This document shows positions 1-12,804 of a DNA stretch of 64,000 nt, piece after piece. The position numbers and the translations under genes are program-made. The stretch's first letter is position 1. Each line of letters opens with the position of its first letter. A model generated the notes under the pieces. The model ran no database searches, was not told the origin of the DNA, and saw nothing but the letters and a program-made list of their open reading frames with translations. This DNA comes from Octopus sinensis (lineage: Eukaryota): positions 3,968,001 through 4,032,000 of the forward strand of contig NC_043010.1 in the NCBI RefSeq assembly GCF_006345805.1, in the 5' to 3' direction.

Positions 1-9
1 AACACACAT

Positions 10-55
<46 letters not shown>

Positions 56-654
56 GCACGCACGCACGCACACAGAATGCTTCTTTTAATTTCTGACTAC
101 CAAATTCACTCATAAGCCTTTGGGTTGGCCCAAGGCTATAGAAGAAGACACCTACCCAAAGTACCTTGCAGTGGGACTGAACCTAATCTATGTGATTGAG
201 ATGTTTAGCTGTGTAGTTACTTCATTTAAACTGAATCTTAAGCACACATATATATATGGGTTTTTTGCCCCATAACACTCCTAAAAGGAAACTAATTTTG
301 TTGCATAACCACGGAAACCTTCAGTTTTTAATCCTTGATATAAATGTTAGACATTCAATGTCCTTTTTATATATCACTGCATACCTTTTCTGGTTTTTGG
401 TCTTTTAGATTTTCTGTTACACTGTGACAATATTCATTGTGTAACAGTATTGGATTGCCTTGAGCTCCACTGTTAGTTGGACGCTATCTTTTGACCATAA
501 TTGGGAGTAGCAGTCAAGGTGGCAGAGAACAAATTTTCTTTATCATACGACAAGGGTGGCAGTGTGGATGATAGAAGAGACCAATATAGAGTGGGTTAGG
601 GTTATATATATGTGTATATTTTGAATGTTTGCATAGAAGATATATATATATATA

Positions 655-990
655 CTCTTTTACATGTTTCAGTCATTTGACTGTGGCCATGCTGGAGCAC
701 CGCCTTTAGTCAAGCAAATCGACCCTGGGACTTATTCTTTGTAAGCCCAGTACTTATTCTATCGGTCTCTTTTGCCGAACCGCTAAGTGACGGGGATGTA
801 AACACACCAGCATCGGTTGTCAAGCAATGCTAGGGGGACAAACACAGACACACAAACACATACACACACATACATATATGTACATATATACGACGGGCTT
901 CTTTCAGTTTCCGTCTACCAAATCCACTCACAAGGCATTGGTCGGCCCGGGGCTATAGCAAAAGACACTTGCCCAAGATGCCACGCAGTT
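655..990 (-). mobile_element. tRNA-derived SINE family A (CORE-like ttgggcaagtg motif), head truncated
   Basis: Matches full copies at 54471-54830 and 17721-18133; tail (gtaaaagag)n. Confidence 0.85.
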
Positions 991-1959
991 GAAATTTACA
1001 GAAAAACGAATGTGAAGACAGGTGTAAAAACAACAAGCAGGTGTAAAGAGAATATATGTGTGTGTGTGTGTTTATAGTGAACATTACTGTATATAAAGAA
1101 ATTCTTAGATTTGTCTTTTGAGAAGTATTCTGTCAAAGTAACAGAACTAATGTCCTCTTTGAAGACTCACACACACACACGTACATGCATATTATTTGGG
1201 TTGAGTTTAGTCTGTTGCTACCCTGAGTTTCACCCATGGGTATACAGGATCTTTAAACAAGTTATCACTTGGCCTGTAACTCAAACTGACTAATCAAAAC
1301 AGAATATGTTATTATGGCATTGAGTATTCTTTTCTCAGATTGGTAACATAGAAAAGATTAATGCCATGAAGAACAACAATAATGGTTACAACAACAATAT
1401 ACAAACATAGAAAGATAGAAGCATACAAAAGAACAAACATGCAAACATAGAAGCATACCAAACTTAAGGACCAGAATAGCCATAGTATTAGCAGTGAAGA
1501 TAATGGAAGCAAACATAGGGTCAGCAGAATGGGAGATAATAGCCATAAATTTAATGGAGGGGGGACGGTAATAACAGTAACAACAACAACTATGAAAATA
1601 AGAATAATGGCAATAATAAGGCTGCGTACAACTACAACAACAACAACAGAGGAAACAACTGTATAAACATGCAAACTAATACAAACATTACTGACAACAA
1701 CAATATACCACCACCACCACCACCACCACCAATAACAACAGACACCACCAACGAGATGGTAACCAGAGAAATGATATGATAGTTAGTAGTACAATGGGTA
1801 TAAATGACACCAACCCTTTCTATTCCTTATTCTTCAATCCATGGGATAAATCATACAATATGAGCAGATATGAGCCGTATGTATTTATCCGACAACCCTA
1901 CCCTTCAACAAAAGAGTCTGCACTCCTCAACAGACAAATGGCAAAATAGAAGCTCGCTT

Positions 1960-3210
1960 CACCATAGCCAGTACTAAACTTTGACAAATTTTAGAACAAT
2001 ATACTAGTAGACAGAGTGGTAGAGAGACACAGCAAACTTGACAAGGAGTCTGCAAGTGGCCTGCACAAGCTCATACAGTGCACAAGAAATAGGGATGTTG
2101 TGTGCTTCCCCATAGACAAGTCCGGCAGAATGTTGGTAGACAACATACCAAACTACATCCAAGCGGTGCAACCCCACACCATCAATATGAGGGAAACAGC
2201 AATATGGGAGTGTGAGGAAAGAGAGATCCCCAATGCTCAATGATGTGGTCAAACTTTCTAGGGGCAAAGAAGCACACAGCCAATGACATCCAGGCTCGGT
2301 TTGGACTGCACAAGGACCATAAATAAGATGGCTACTGACCCAGTGACAGGACTTCCGACGACACCGGTCTGCGGCGCCAATGTTGCCAACAACTTTTGGA
2401 TCACCTACTTCTTCTAAATGATCATACGCCCTCTAATAAAAATGCCCCCAGGTGTGTGTGACAGAACAGAGGACCTCCTCAGCAGAATCAATGAGTGCAA
2501 CCATGCCTACGACCTGATGGGATGCCTAATAGGCAGTATGGACATAGTGTCCCTATACCCAACCATTGATGTCGATTTTGATGTGGAGAAATGTGTGGAG
2601 GGGATCAGCAAAAGTGATGTGGAGTTTCGTGGTGTTGACATTGCAGAACTAGTCACCTCCTGGGACTGACAAGTGACAATGATTACTTAAATAAATATGA
2701 CCTTAGTTTTTTTCTGCCCCACTAGATTGATAAGAGGTAGACCCCTTACTATAACTTCTATGGCCAAGAAGACCCCTAAAGAGAGATGGAATGGGTGGAC
2801 TAGAGCTATACAGACCCCCCAAAAACCATGATCAGGTTAAAAAGATGGTCACACATGTAGTGAGTGCAAGTACCAAGACGTAACTCAAGGGCCATGTATT
2901 CAAGTTTAATAGCAAGATATACGTCCAAGCGGAAGGTGCAGCCATCGGTGTCAGTATTGCTGGCGATGTGGCTAACCTATTTATGGTATGGTGGGATAGG
3001 AGACTTGAAGAAAAATTTGCAGTGAACTCTATAAACCTAACCATATACTCTTGTTATGTGGATGATAACATAGTAGCCAAAGCACCCCTACAAGATAATG
3101 TTGATGATCCAGAAGCTAACACTTTGGAGAGCATCGAGCAAATAGCTAACTCCATCCACCAGAGTATTGAAATAATAATAGGAAGCACCCAGACTATAGA
3201 TTACCTGTTT
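1960..3210 (+). mobile_element. Decayed Penelope-like element, reverse transcriptase region
   Basis: Frameshifted RT motifs in order: VVCFPIDKSG, IGSMDIVSLYPTID, FKFNSKIYVQAEGAAIGVSIAGDVANLFMVWWD, YSCYVDD. No GIY-YIG domain recognised. Confidence 0.85.
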
Positions 3211-3354
3211 TAGACATAGAACTCTAGCTAGAGGGGTAGGCCATACTGCTGCTAACAACAATGACAAACGCAAGCATACATACAAACACACACACATACA
3301 CGCACACATACACACACACACAGATGAAAATGCATGCGCACATAATGATGCACA

Positions 3355-3628
3355 TCTTAGAAGAACAGAATGAAGTAAGTGGAGCAAGAGCACACATGAA
3401 AACTAAAGTGTTGCTGAAGAGGTCACAGATGTGTGTGAAGAAAGATTTCTAAACAATGGAGACGAGTTTAAAAAAAAAAAAAGACCAGTAATATATGAGT
3501 AAAAAACAAATATATAGTGCATGTGTTTATTTGGCAAAAAAAAAAAACTGACCATTCCGAAATGTAACGATATCTGTTTCAACACATGATTTCACATCAG
3601 GACTCTTGCAACACAAATCAATAAACTG
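3355..3628 (+). mobile_element. Penelope-type terminal repeat (pLTR-like) with degenerate hammerhead motif
   Basis: Follows the Penelope RT in the same orientation; CTGAAGA-G-GTCACA...TGTGAA-GAAA at 3414-3443; homologous to 57005-57280, 60190-60435(-) and 41657-41780. Confidence 0.6.
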
Positions 3629-3650
3629 ATGTATAATATCAGCTGGCAAA

Positions 3651-3884
3651 GGCGGCAAGCTGGCAGAAACATTAGCACACCGGGCGAAATACATAGCTGT
3701 ATTTCGTCAGCCGTTACGTTCTGGGTTCAAATTCCGCCGAGGTCGACTTTGCCTTTCATCCTTTCGGGGTCGATAAATTAAGTACCAGTTACGCACTGGG
3801 GTTCGATGTAATTGACTTAATCCGTTTGTCTGTCCTCGTGTTTGTCCCCTCCGTGTTTAGCCCCTTGTGGGTAGTAAAGAAATA
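3651..3884 (+). mobile_element. tRNA-derived SINE family B (central domain resembling the MetaSINE domain)
   Basis: B box GTTCAAATTCC followed by gcctttcatcctttcggggtcgataaattaagtaccag; tail gtagtaaagaaata. Confidence 0.85.
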
Positions 3885-4124
3885 TATATATATATATGTT
3901 TATATATTTGTTTGTTTTTGTATATACATAATTTGACTTCTTCCATTCCTTGACCTGCAAGCATTTTTCAAGAGTTTAGTTCTTTATATTGACTCCAGTA
4001 CCTATTTTATCAACCTCTGTTTGTCAGATGGCTTGTTTACAGCATATTAAGGGACACAAAATAAATAACACTGGGCTTAAGGTTGATGTAATCATAAACA
4101 GAAAAGCATACATATGCATACAAG

Positions 4125-4845
4125 TGATCCAGACAAAAGCCCCTCAAACAAAACCCCCTAAGTTAAAGTGCAAAAGCAGACAAAACTCCCTTGGCTATAT
4201 TTTCGGTGGTGTACAATAAGAATCCCACCACTTTTCTTTTTTTTACTTTTTTCAGATTCCAATGTTTTTGTTATCAGAGATTCCGATTCTGAACCAAAAT
4301 TGGCATTTCAAAATTTAGATTCTACCCTACAAATTTTTTTATCCTTGTGAAAATTATTTTTGGATTCTACACAGAAAAATACAGTCATTATGATTCTGCA
4401 AAAGTTTTATTCTAAAATTTTAGTTTAAAAAAAACAAACAATTGACACCCCTCGTACCCCACTCAACACCAATATTCTGGATGTTTTTAAACTTGTTCAT
4501 TCATTTGCACAAGTACAGGCGATTTTCAGCCAGTGCATGCAGTTAAACCTAGAAGTTCTCTCCACATGCTAGAAATAACAATTATAAAATATAATTATAA
4601 CAATTTTTAAAATTATAGGTAAACAAAAACAGAAAATGCTGTTGCAAAAAACTTCTGTTTTCCAATATTCCAATATTTAAATCTACAAAAATATATTCAA
4701 CCGAAAATAAGTATGTAGAATAAAATAACAGAACACAAGAGACCTTACTGCCAAATGTACATATTTTCTGAATTCTAACATGTAATTAACTTCAAATGTC
4801 TTTTACAAGTCAAAAATATTCATCACCACCACGACCACCACCACG

Positions 4846-4879
<34 letters not shown>

Positions 4880-4889
4880 TCACCATCAC

Positions 4890-4949
<60 letters not shown>

Positions 4950-4962
4950 TCATCATCATCAC

Positions 4963-5046
<84 letters not shown>

Positions 5047-5209
5047 TCATCAATCATCATCATCATCATCACATCATCACCACCACCACCACCATTGCCA
5101 CAACCATCACCATCATCATCACATCATCATCATCATCATCACCACCACCATCATCACCACCACCACCACCATCATCACCATCATCATCATCATCATCATC
5201 ACCACCACC

Positions 5210-5271
<62 letters not shown>

Positions 5272-5690
5272 CATCATCACCACCACCACCACCACCACCA
5301 CTACCACCACCACAACCACCACCACCACCACCATCACCGCAACCATCACCATCATTACTGATATAATCATCATCATCATCATCATCACTATCTGTATCAC
5401 CAACACCACTTCCAAAACTGTGACTAGTAATAAGACTACCATTACTACTACCAACAGCAACAAACTCAATCTCATTTATCATGATCATGATTAAAACTGC
5501 GTTTTAGACAAAAAATGCTGACTTTTTGTTAGGGTCTGAAATCTCCCTTGCCGAAAACGTTGAGATCCGTAAAAAAGATGAAAAAAAAATTGGGTGGGTT
5601 GCTTTTTGTACACCTCTGCCAAAAATATAACCAAGGTGGGGTGGGAGGTCTGAGAGGGTTTTGCCCAAGGGGTGTTTTATCCTACACTCT
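4125..5690. mobile_element. Putative non-autonomous fold-back DNA element with long imperfect terminal inverted repeats
   Basis: 4189-4308 aligns by eye with the reverse complement of 5513-5636; outer repeated acaaaa(g/c)ccc / gggttttg motifs; central (CAT/CAC)n array. Confidence 0.5.
4817..5490. repeat. Compound (CAT)n/(CAC)n trinucleotide array
   Basis: About 670 bp of interleaved CAT and CAC runs. Confidence 0.95.
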
Positions 5691-5692
5691 GT

Positions 5693-5738
<46 letters not shown>

Positions 5739-6309
5739 AATTATTGTATACAGTGCTCAGGTGCACCACAACTTGCCAGAAAGTGCATATAAAGTACATG
5801 CAGTATGCACGTGCACACAAATACATACATGTGTGTGCATGCTCACACACAGACACACACACAAATACATTCAAGCCATCCGACAAACACACACATACAC
5901 ACACACACAAATGCATACACACACATGCACACGACAGGATTTTATTCCGTTTAGGTGATTCACATTCAGCACAAAAAACATTGGTCAGTACAAAAGCACA
6001 CCTAAGCTCCTCATCCAAGATGCCGCACAGTGAGATCAGAGCCATCTGGTTTTGAAGCAAACTTCTTAAGTACAAAGCCATATATAATATACTGTCATAT
6101 GTCATAAAACTCTTTTATAAATAAGAGTAGAAATGTGTATAAATATATATGCATATTTGTATGTATGTTATATTACTTATACATAAAAAAATGTGTGTAT
6201 ATATATATGTGTGTGAGTGTGTATATATATATATATATATATGTAGGTCCCGGGTTGATTCGGGGTTAACCACAGTAAATAAGGTACTCAATACATAGTA
6301 GAGTAAAAT

Positions 6310-6416
6310 TAATTTATTATATAGAAGGAGCTTCTACAGGACTAGAACTGTTTCATTCAAGAGTGAAGATTTCTCTTGAATGAAACAGTTCTAGTCCTGT
6401 AGAAGCTCCTTCTATA

Positions 6417-6426
<10 letters not shown>
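6310..6426. repeat. Perfect 54-bp inverted repeat with 9-nt loop
   Basis: 6310-6363 is the exact reverse complement of 6373-6426; loop tgaagattt. Confidence 0.95.
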
Positions 6427-6447
<21 letters not shown>

Positions 6448-7538
6448 GTGTATCAGAAGGTTTGGAGATGATGTACAGGTATTATATATTAGAAGAAATG
6501 AGGTACTCAGAAATTTGGATGGTTTTATATTTACAGATATTTATTAGTATGTTACATGTTTTTATAAATCATATATAGTAGCGCTTTCATCCACTCTAGT
6601 AGAGTCTTCAAATTGAACTGTATATATATATATTTATTTATTTATTTATTTATTTATACATACACACACATTTATGCACACACATATTTAATGTATGTGT
6701 GTGTAAACATTAACGCCATATATCTTCATTAATGCTGTTGCAAGAAAAAAATGGTAACAGTGTTAATTTCCTCCAATAAACAATAATTCCGGAGTTCAAA
6801 GAATTCCTCGGTTTAGATGTTTGGCAGTGATGAAAAATATCTCTCTTGAAAAACAGGAAAAAAAATGACATCTTCCCTCAACAAGTGTCATTTAAATTCA
6901 TCTAGCAATGCAAGAAATATATATAAAACTGATGAAGATGATGATGATGATGATGATGTTGATGAAGATATACATGCAGCAGCATGCACACACACACACA
7001 CACTAATTTTACCCATTAGTAAATGTAACCAGTCTAAATTTCAGTATTGCATCTAAATTTTGTATCACTATCTTGATATGAGTCACCTCCCTTGCACCAT
7101 GTTCTTGATGTTGTCAAGAAATAAATGAATTGATGAATTAATAAATAATAGATATTTCTACTTCTCAATGAAACTGTTTTGTCATTAAAAACCATCAGAC
7201 GGTTATTAGAAGCTGACAAAATAAGGAGAGATCTAGTTAGAGAAACAGTGTTTAACATTGCGACAACTACAAACATAAAAGTATTTAGCCTCTTAGATGT
7301 TGTCTTAGATCATAAACATGTGTATCGGGAACAATACAAGAAATGTAATGAAAATCTTGTTTCCTAAGTGTAGATTAGGCTGTGTGGTTTAGAAGCTTGC
7401 TTCACAACGATGTGCTCTTGGGTTCAGATCTACTGTGTGACACCTTGGGCAAGTGTCTTCTACTATAGCCTTGGGTTGACCAAAGTATTATGAATAGATT
7501 TAGTAAACAGAAAGTGAAAGTAGTCCATTATATAAATA

Positions 7539-7844
7539 TATCACGTGATCACGTGACCGACCAGATCATCAGATGTTGCTACACATCACTGGTCACAATG
7601 CGTTCGCTTTGTTTTAGCTTTCGAATGACGCCACCCCGCTGGCTAAGCGAGCAGGCCAACAGAAGAAAGATTGAGAGAAAGAGTGGTGAAAGAGTACAGC
7701 AGGGATCACCACCCCCTGCCGGAGCCTCGTGGAGCTTTAAGGTGTTTTCACTCAATAAACACACACAACACCCGGTCTGGGAATCGAAACCGCGATCCTA
7801 CGACCGCGAGTTCGCTGCCCTAACCACTAGGCCATTGCGCCTCC
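7539..7844 (-). mobile_element. tRNA-derived SINE family D (fragment also at about 56690-56850)
   Basis: Minus head ggaggcgcaaTGGCCTAGTGGttagggc (A box), GGTTTCGATTCCC (B box), tail (cacgtgat)2. Confidence 0.85.
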
Positions 7845-8554
7845 ATAAATATATATAAAATTATAAATTAGGGTATCAATATAAAATTATAAATTAGGGT
7901 ATCTATCTTTGTTTTCTCTCCGTGTTGATATATGAACAATTAAGGTAGTTTAGAGTCAGATCATGACTGCTATTTTCGGCATGGTGGTATCTCGTAGATA
8001 CCCTTATTTATAATTTTGATAATTATTACCTTTGAAAGTTATTTTTACCATGCTGACCACTTGATAAAATCGTTGTTTTATTTTTAAATTAACGATCTTA
8101 TCCTTATTTATATATATATTATTGGCCACTCATATTTTGTTAATTTGCTGGTTCACTGTGGGTGCCTGAAGGGTGACTCCCTCATTGCACTGGCTATTAA
8201 AACACCTGAAAGTCATAGATAGGTGAGACAATTTGTCCCAGATCCCTTCTGGTGTAATGGATACTGCTATTTTGCACTTTTTGTGGTTTATCAACGACAT
8301 GTACTTGAATTGGACTTGAGATGAACTGAATTGCTAGCTTATGACTATATATAAATGATGCAAAATCTTTTTGTGTTTATGCCATGATGATGTATACATA
8401 AGATTAAATTCAGTTAAGATATATATGCATGTATGTATGTAAACATCATGTAAACTCATCTCAACATCATGTAAATGGTTGTAAATGAGTATCATTGTTA
8501 TACAAGCAAGGTTGTTTTTTTTTTCCAGTTTTCTGTGAAATGCATGTATAGTTA

Positions 8555-8680
8555 TGGACAAATATTACCTTGCTTGGAAACATATGAGAGTGGGCAATAA
8601 GGGTATCAGACCACAGAAAATCTGCCTCAGCAATTCCGTCTGAATCATGCAAGCATGGAAAAGTGGATGTTAAATGAGGA
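8555..8680 (+). mobile_element. Variant RTE-type 3'-end fragment
   Basis: Ends gcatggaaaagtggatgttaaatgagga, resembling the family 3' terminus; a related antisense piece lies near 63160-63350. Confidence 0.45.
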
Positions 8681-9204
8681 TTAACAAAAACTTCAAAAAC
8701 CTCAACTTCCAGGTTTAAGAACCTTGTTAGCAACTTTCTTAAGTGTATTTCCAGTATTTCTTTAGACAGAACAACATTTGAGAGAGTTGCAAATACTATG
8801 GTAAATAATTGGAGAATAGAGAATTTTGAGAAAAGATTAACTCTCTTCCTAACGTGGACAACTCTCAAGAGGTATAAAATCTAAAGCCATAATCAAATTG
8901 GTTTCAGCTTATCCTGTAAGCTCAATGGAAAATTCCTTATTTCTAAGAAATACTTAAATTTGTTTCAGAAACACTACTTCACAAAACATAAATATACCAA
9001 GTTATTTGACTAACAAAAATGAAAACCTATCTACCATAGCATGATTAATAAAAATAGTCAGCACACAAAATTATCCAATAGGTATCCCAATGAACTTAAT
9101 AATGTTACAAAGCTCAAAGCCAAATATGTGGATACTTGTCTGAATATACATACATGTGTGCGTGTGTGTGTGTGTTTGTGTGTATATATATATATATATA
9201 CATA

Positions 9205-10299
9205 CAGGGTGCAGTGAATAAACTGTCATCTAAATTATGCAAAAATGAAAATAACATTGAAATCTCATTTTAACAGATATTTTTACCAAAATTACATAAA
9301 AATATCTTGAAATACTAAATTTATTCAGTAAAATCACCATTGGCTTCAACCTTGGCCTCCAGACGACTTTGGAATCTCCTGCAACACTTCTGTGTGGTCT
9401 CCTTGTTTAAGTTGGTGAATGCTGCCCTAATCCTTGCCTTCAGTTCAACTTTGGGGCTACTAGGAGTTTTTTTGGTCTCTCACTGAACTACATCCCACAC
9501 ATAATAATCAAGGGGGTTGCAGTCTGGGGAGTTAGGTGGCCAGATGTTAGGGGTGATGTGGTTGCAGAAATTGTCTGACAGCCATGACTGGGTTCTCCTG
9601 CTTGTGTGGCATGGTGCAGAGTCCTGTTGTCAGACATAGGGTCTTCCAGCAGTCACCCTCTTGACCCAGGGCAGCATTACCTCCTCCAAGCACTTGATGT
9701 AGGCCTTCTTGTTAGTGTGAGGCTATGTGGGAAGATGAATGGAGGCATAATGTTACCATCTCTAGCGATCACTTCAAACACCATGATGTTGACTGGATGT
9801 TTGATTTTTATCACTCGCGGTACATGTCCTCAGATTCTTTTCTACTCTAGGTACAAGGCCCAAATGTTTTGGGGAGGAAGCCAGTCAATCAGATCGACCC
9901 TAGTATGCGACTGGTGCTTAATTTATCGACCTCGAAAGGATGAAAGGCAAAGACAACCTTGGCGGAATTTGAACTCAGAATGTAAAGACAGAGGAAATAC
10001 CACTAAGCATTTTGCCTGGCATGCTAACGTTTCTGCCAGCTTGCTGCCTTAACATGCCCTCAGATTGACACCTAAACACTCTGAAATGTTCGTGCTGGAG
10101 CTTCTGGTGTAAATGTCAAGCAGTACAGCATTTTATTTCCAAACTTCTGGCAAAGTGAATTGCGTCATGGTGCTGTTTTTCTCACACATGGTGCCCAGCT
10201 GACCCTACTATACTGTGTAGTCAACACAATCAAAAACAAACTATATGCATGTGCGAAATTTAAAATATAAAATGGTGACAATTTACCCATGGCACCCTG
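9205..10299 (-). mobile_element. Defective maT-type (DD37D) Tc1/mariner-superfamily transposon with an inserted SINE
   Basis: Terminal inverted repeats cagggtgc...(9205) / ...gcaccctg (10299), TA before 9205; internal sequence is the reverse complement of the transposase at 57.8-58.6 kb; SINE at 9835-10050. Confidence 0.8.
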
Positions 10300-10307
10300 C
10301 AGGTGTT

Positions 10308-12803
10308 TTACCTTCGAACTTTAGGTCTCACTAAGGAAATGTCTAGAGACCGAGACCTATGGAAGTATGCTGTGCGTGAGAAGACCCGGCAAGACTAGTC
10401 AGGCCATAACCCGTGGCCCCTACCTGGGACATAGTCAGTCCTCCTGTGCATACCTTCCTTCTTGTGACACTTATGAAGACCTGTTGAGGCAAGTGAAAAT
10501 CAAATCAAAACAAATCAAAATAGATGAACATCAGTGGAATTGTATTCTTTGTGGTACCAGTGCCGGTGGCACACAAGAAAACCACCCAAACGTGGCGTAG
10601 CCAGTACCGCATCGACTGGCCTCCGTGCTGTGGGCACAACAAACACCATCCGATCGTGGCCGTTCGCCAGCCTCATCTGGCACCTGTGTCGGTGGCACAT
10701 AAAGACACCATCTGAAGACCCGGCGACGTAGTCAGTCCACCTGTGCATACCTTCCCTCTATGACACTTGTGAAGACCTGTTGAGGCAAGTGTGTGACACT
10801 TGTGAAGACCTGTTGAGGCAGAGGCAAGTGTGTGACACTTGTGGAGACCTGTTGAGGCAAGTGTGTGACACTTGTGAAGACCTGTTGAGGCAAGTGAAAA
10901 TCAAATCAAACCAAATCAAAATAGATGAACATCAATGGAATTTGTATCTTTGTGGTTCCAGTACCGGTGGCACACAAGAAAGCCATCCGAACGTGGCCGT
11001 AGCCAGTACCGCATCGACTGGCCTCCGTGCTGTGGGCACAACACACCATCCGATCGTGGCCGTTCGCCAGCCTCATCTGGCACCTGTGTCGGTGGCACAT
11101 AAAGACACCATCCGAAGACCCGGCGACGTAGTCGTCCACCTGTGCATACCTTCCCTCTTATGACACTTGTGAAGACCTGTTGAGGCAAGTGTGTGACACT
11201 TGTGAAGACCTGTTGAGGCAAGTGAAAATCAAATCAATCCAAATCAAAATAGATGAACATCAATGGAATTTGTATCTTTGTGGTTCCAGTACCGGTGGCA
11301 CACAAGAAAACCATCCGAACGTGGCCGTAGCCAGTACCGCATCGACTGGCCTCCGTGCTGTGGGCACAACAAACACCATCTGATCGTGGCCGTTCGCCAG
11401 CCTCATCTGGCACCTGTGTCGGTGGCACATAAAAACACCATCCGAAGACCCGGCGACGTAGTCAGTCCACCTATGCATACCTTCCTACTTATGACACTTG
11501 TGAAGACCTGTTGAGGCAAGTGTGTGACACCTACTTATGACACTTGTGAAGACCTGTTGAGGCAAGTGTGTGACACTTGTGTAGACCTGTTGAGGCAAGT
11601 GAAAATCAAATCAAATCAAATCAAACCAAATCAAAATAGATGAACATCAATGGAATTTGTATCTTTGTGGTACCAGTACCGTTGGCACACAAGAAAACCA
11701 TCCGAACGTGGCCGTAGCCAGTACCGCATCGACTGGCCTCTGTGACGTGGGCACATAACAAACACCATCCGATCGTGGCCGTTCGCCAGCCTCATCTGGC
11801 ACCTGTGTCGGTGGCACATAAAACCCAACCGAAGACCCGGCAAGACTAGTCAGGCCATAACCCGTGGCCCCTACTTGGGACGTAGTCAGTCCCCTGTGCA
11901 TACCTTCCTTCCTTCCTGTGACACTTGTGAAGACCTGTGAAGACCTGTTGAGGCAAGTGAAAATCAAATCAAATCAAATCAAAATGGATGAACATCAATG
12001 GAATTTGTATCTTTGTGGTACCAGTGCCGGTGGCACACAAGAAAACCATCCGAACGTGGCCGTAGCCAGTACCGCATCGACTGGCCTCCGTGCTGTGGGC
12101 ACGTAACAAACACCATCCGATCGTGGCCGTTCGCCAGCCTCATCTGGCACCTGTGTCGGTGGCACATAAAAACACCATCCGAAGACCCGGCAAGACTAGT
12201 CAGGCCATAACCCGTGGCCCCTACTGGGACGTAGTCAGTCCACCTGTGCATACCTTCCTTCTTGTGACACTTGTGAAGACCTGTTGAGGCAAGTGAAAAT
12301 CAAATCAAAACAAATCAAAATAGATGAACATCAATGGAATTTGTATCTTTGTGGTACCAGTGCCGGTGGACACACAGAAAATCATCCGAACGTGGCCGTA
12401 GCCAGTACCGCATAGACTGGCCTCCGTGCTTTGGGGACGTAACAAACACCATCCGATCGTGGCCGTCCGCCAGCCTCATCTGGCACCTGTGTCGGTGGCA
12501 CATAAAAACACCATCCGAGCGTGGCCGTCTGCCAGCCTCGTCTGGCACCTGTGTCGGTGGCACATAAAAACACCATCCGAGCGTGGCCGTTCGCCAGCCT
12601 CGTCTGGCACCGTGTCGGTGGCACATAAAATCACCCCTACACTCTCGGAGTGGTTGGCGTTAGGAAGGGCATCCAGCTGTAGAAACACTGCCAGATCTGA
12701 CTGGCCTGGTGCAGCCTTCGGGCTCCCCAGACCCCAGTTGAACCGTCCAACCCATGCTAGCATGGAAAACGGACGCTAAATGATGATGATGATGATGATG
12801 ATG
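10308..12803 (+). mobile_element. 5'-truncated RTE LINE whose 3' UTR is amplified into a six-unit tandem array
   Basis: ORF end LRTLGLTKEMSRDRDLWKYAVREKTRQD* matches the RTE C-terminus at 59.6 kb; units start at about 10380, 10714, 11114, 11444, 11831 and 12181; ends with the family 3' end cggacgctaaa(tga)n. Confidence 0.8.
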
Positions 12804-12804
12804 A

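Noticed and set aside
817-1077. Recurrent small ORFs such as MSSNARG..., MTTDAGVF..., MRNWYLIYRPRK...
   Set aside because: Translations of SINE families A and B.
4796-5494. 232-aa Ser/His/Ile/Thr-rich ORF and overlapping ORFs
   Set aside because: Pure translation of the CAT/CAC array; open in several frames only because the repeat lacks stops.
7770-7844. tRNA gene
   Set aside because: A/B boxes continue into a SINE body with no complete cloverleaf or terminator; same for family A and B heads.
9606-10052. 148-aa plus-strand ORF (and the 106-aa minus ORF 58016-58336)
   Set aside because: Antisense frames of the maT transposase, here fused to a SINE.
10700-12200. Retrozyme interpretation of the 330-400 bp tandem units
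   Set aside because: CTGAAGA occurs in only one unit (10713) and has no stem II-GAAA continuation; no hammerhead, twister or HDV fold recognised.
10460-12300. CRISPR-like look of the repeated 31-bp hairpin
   Set aside because: Intervening sequences are repeated copies, not unique spacers; no cas genes; eukaryotic LINE context.
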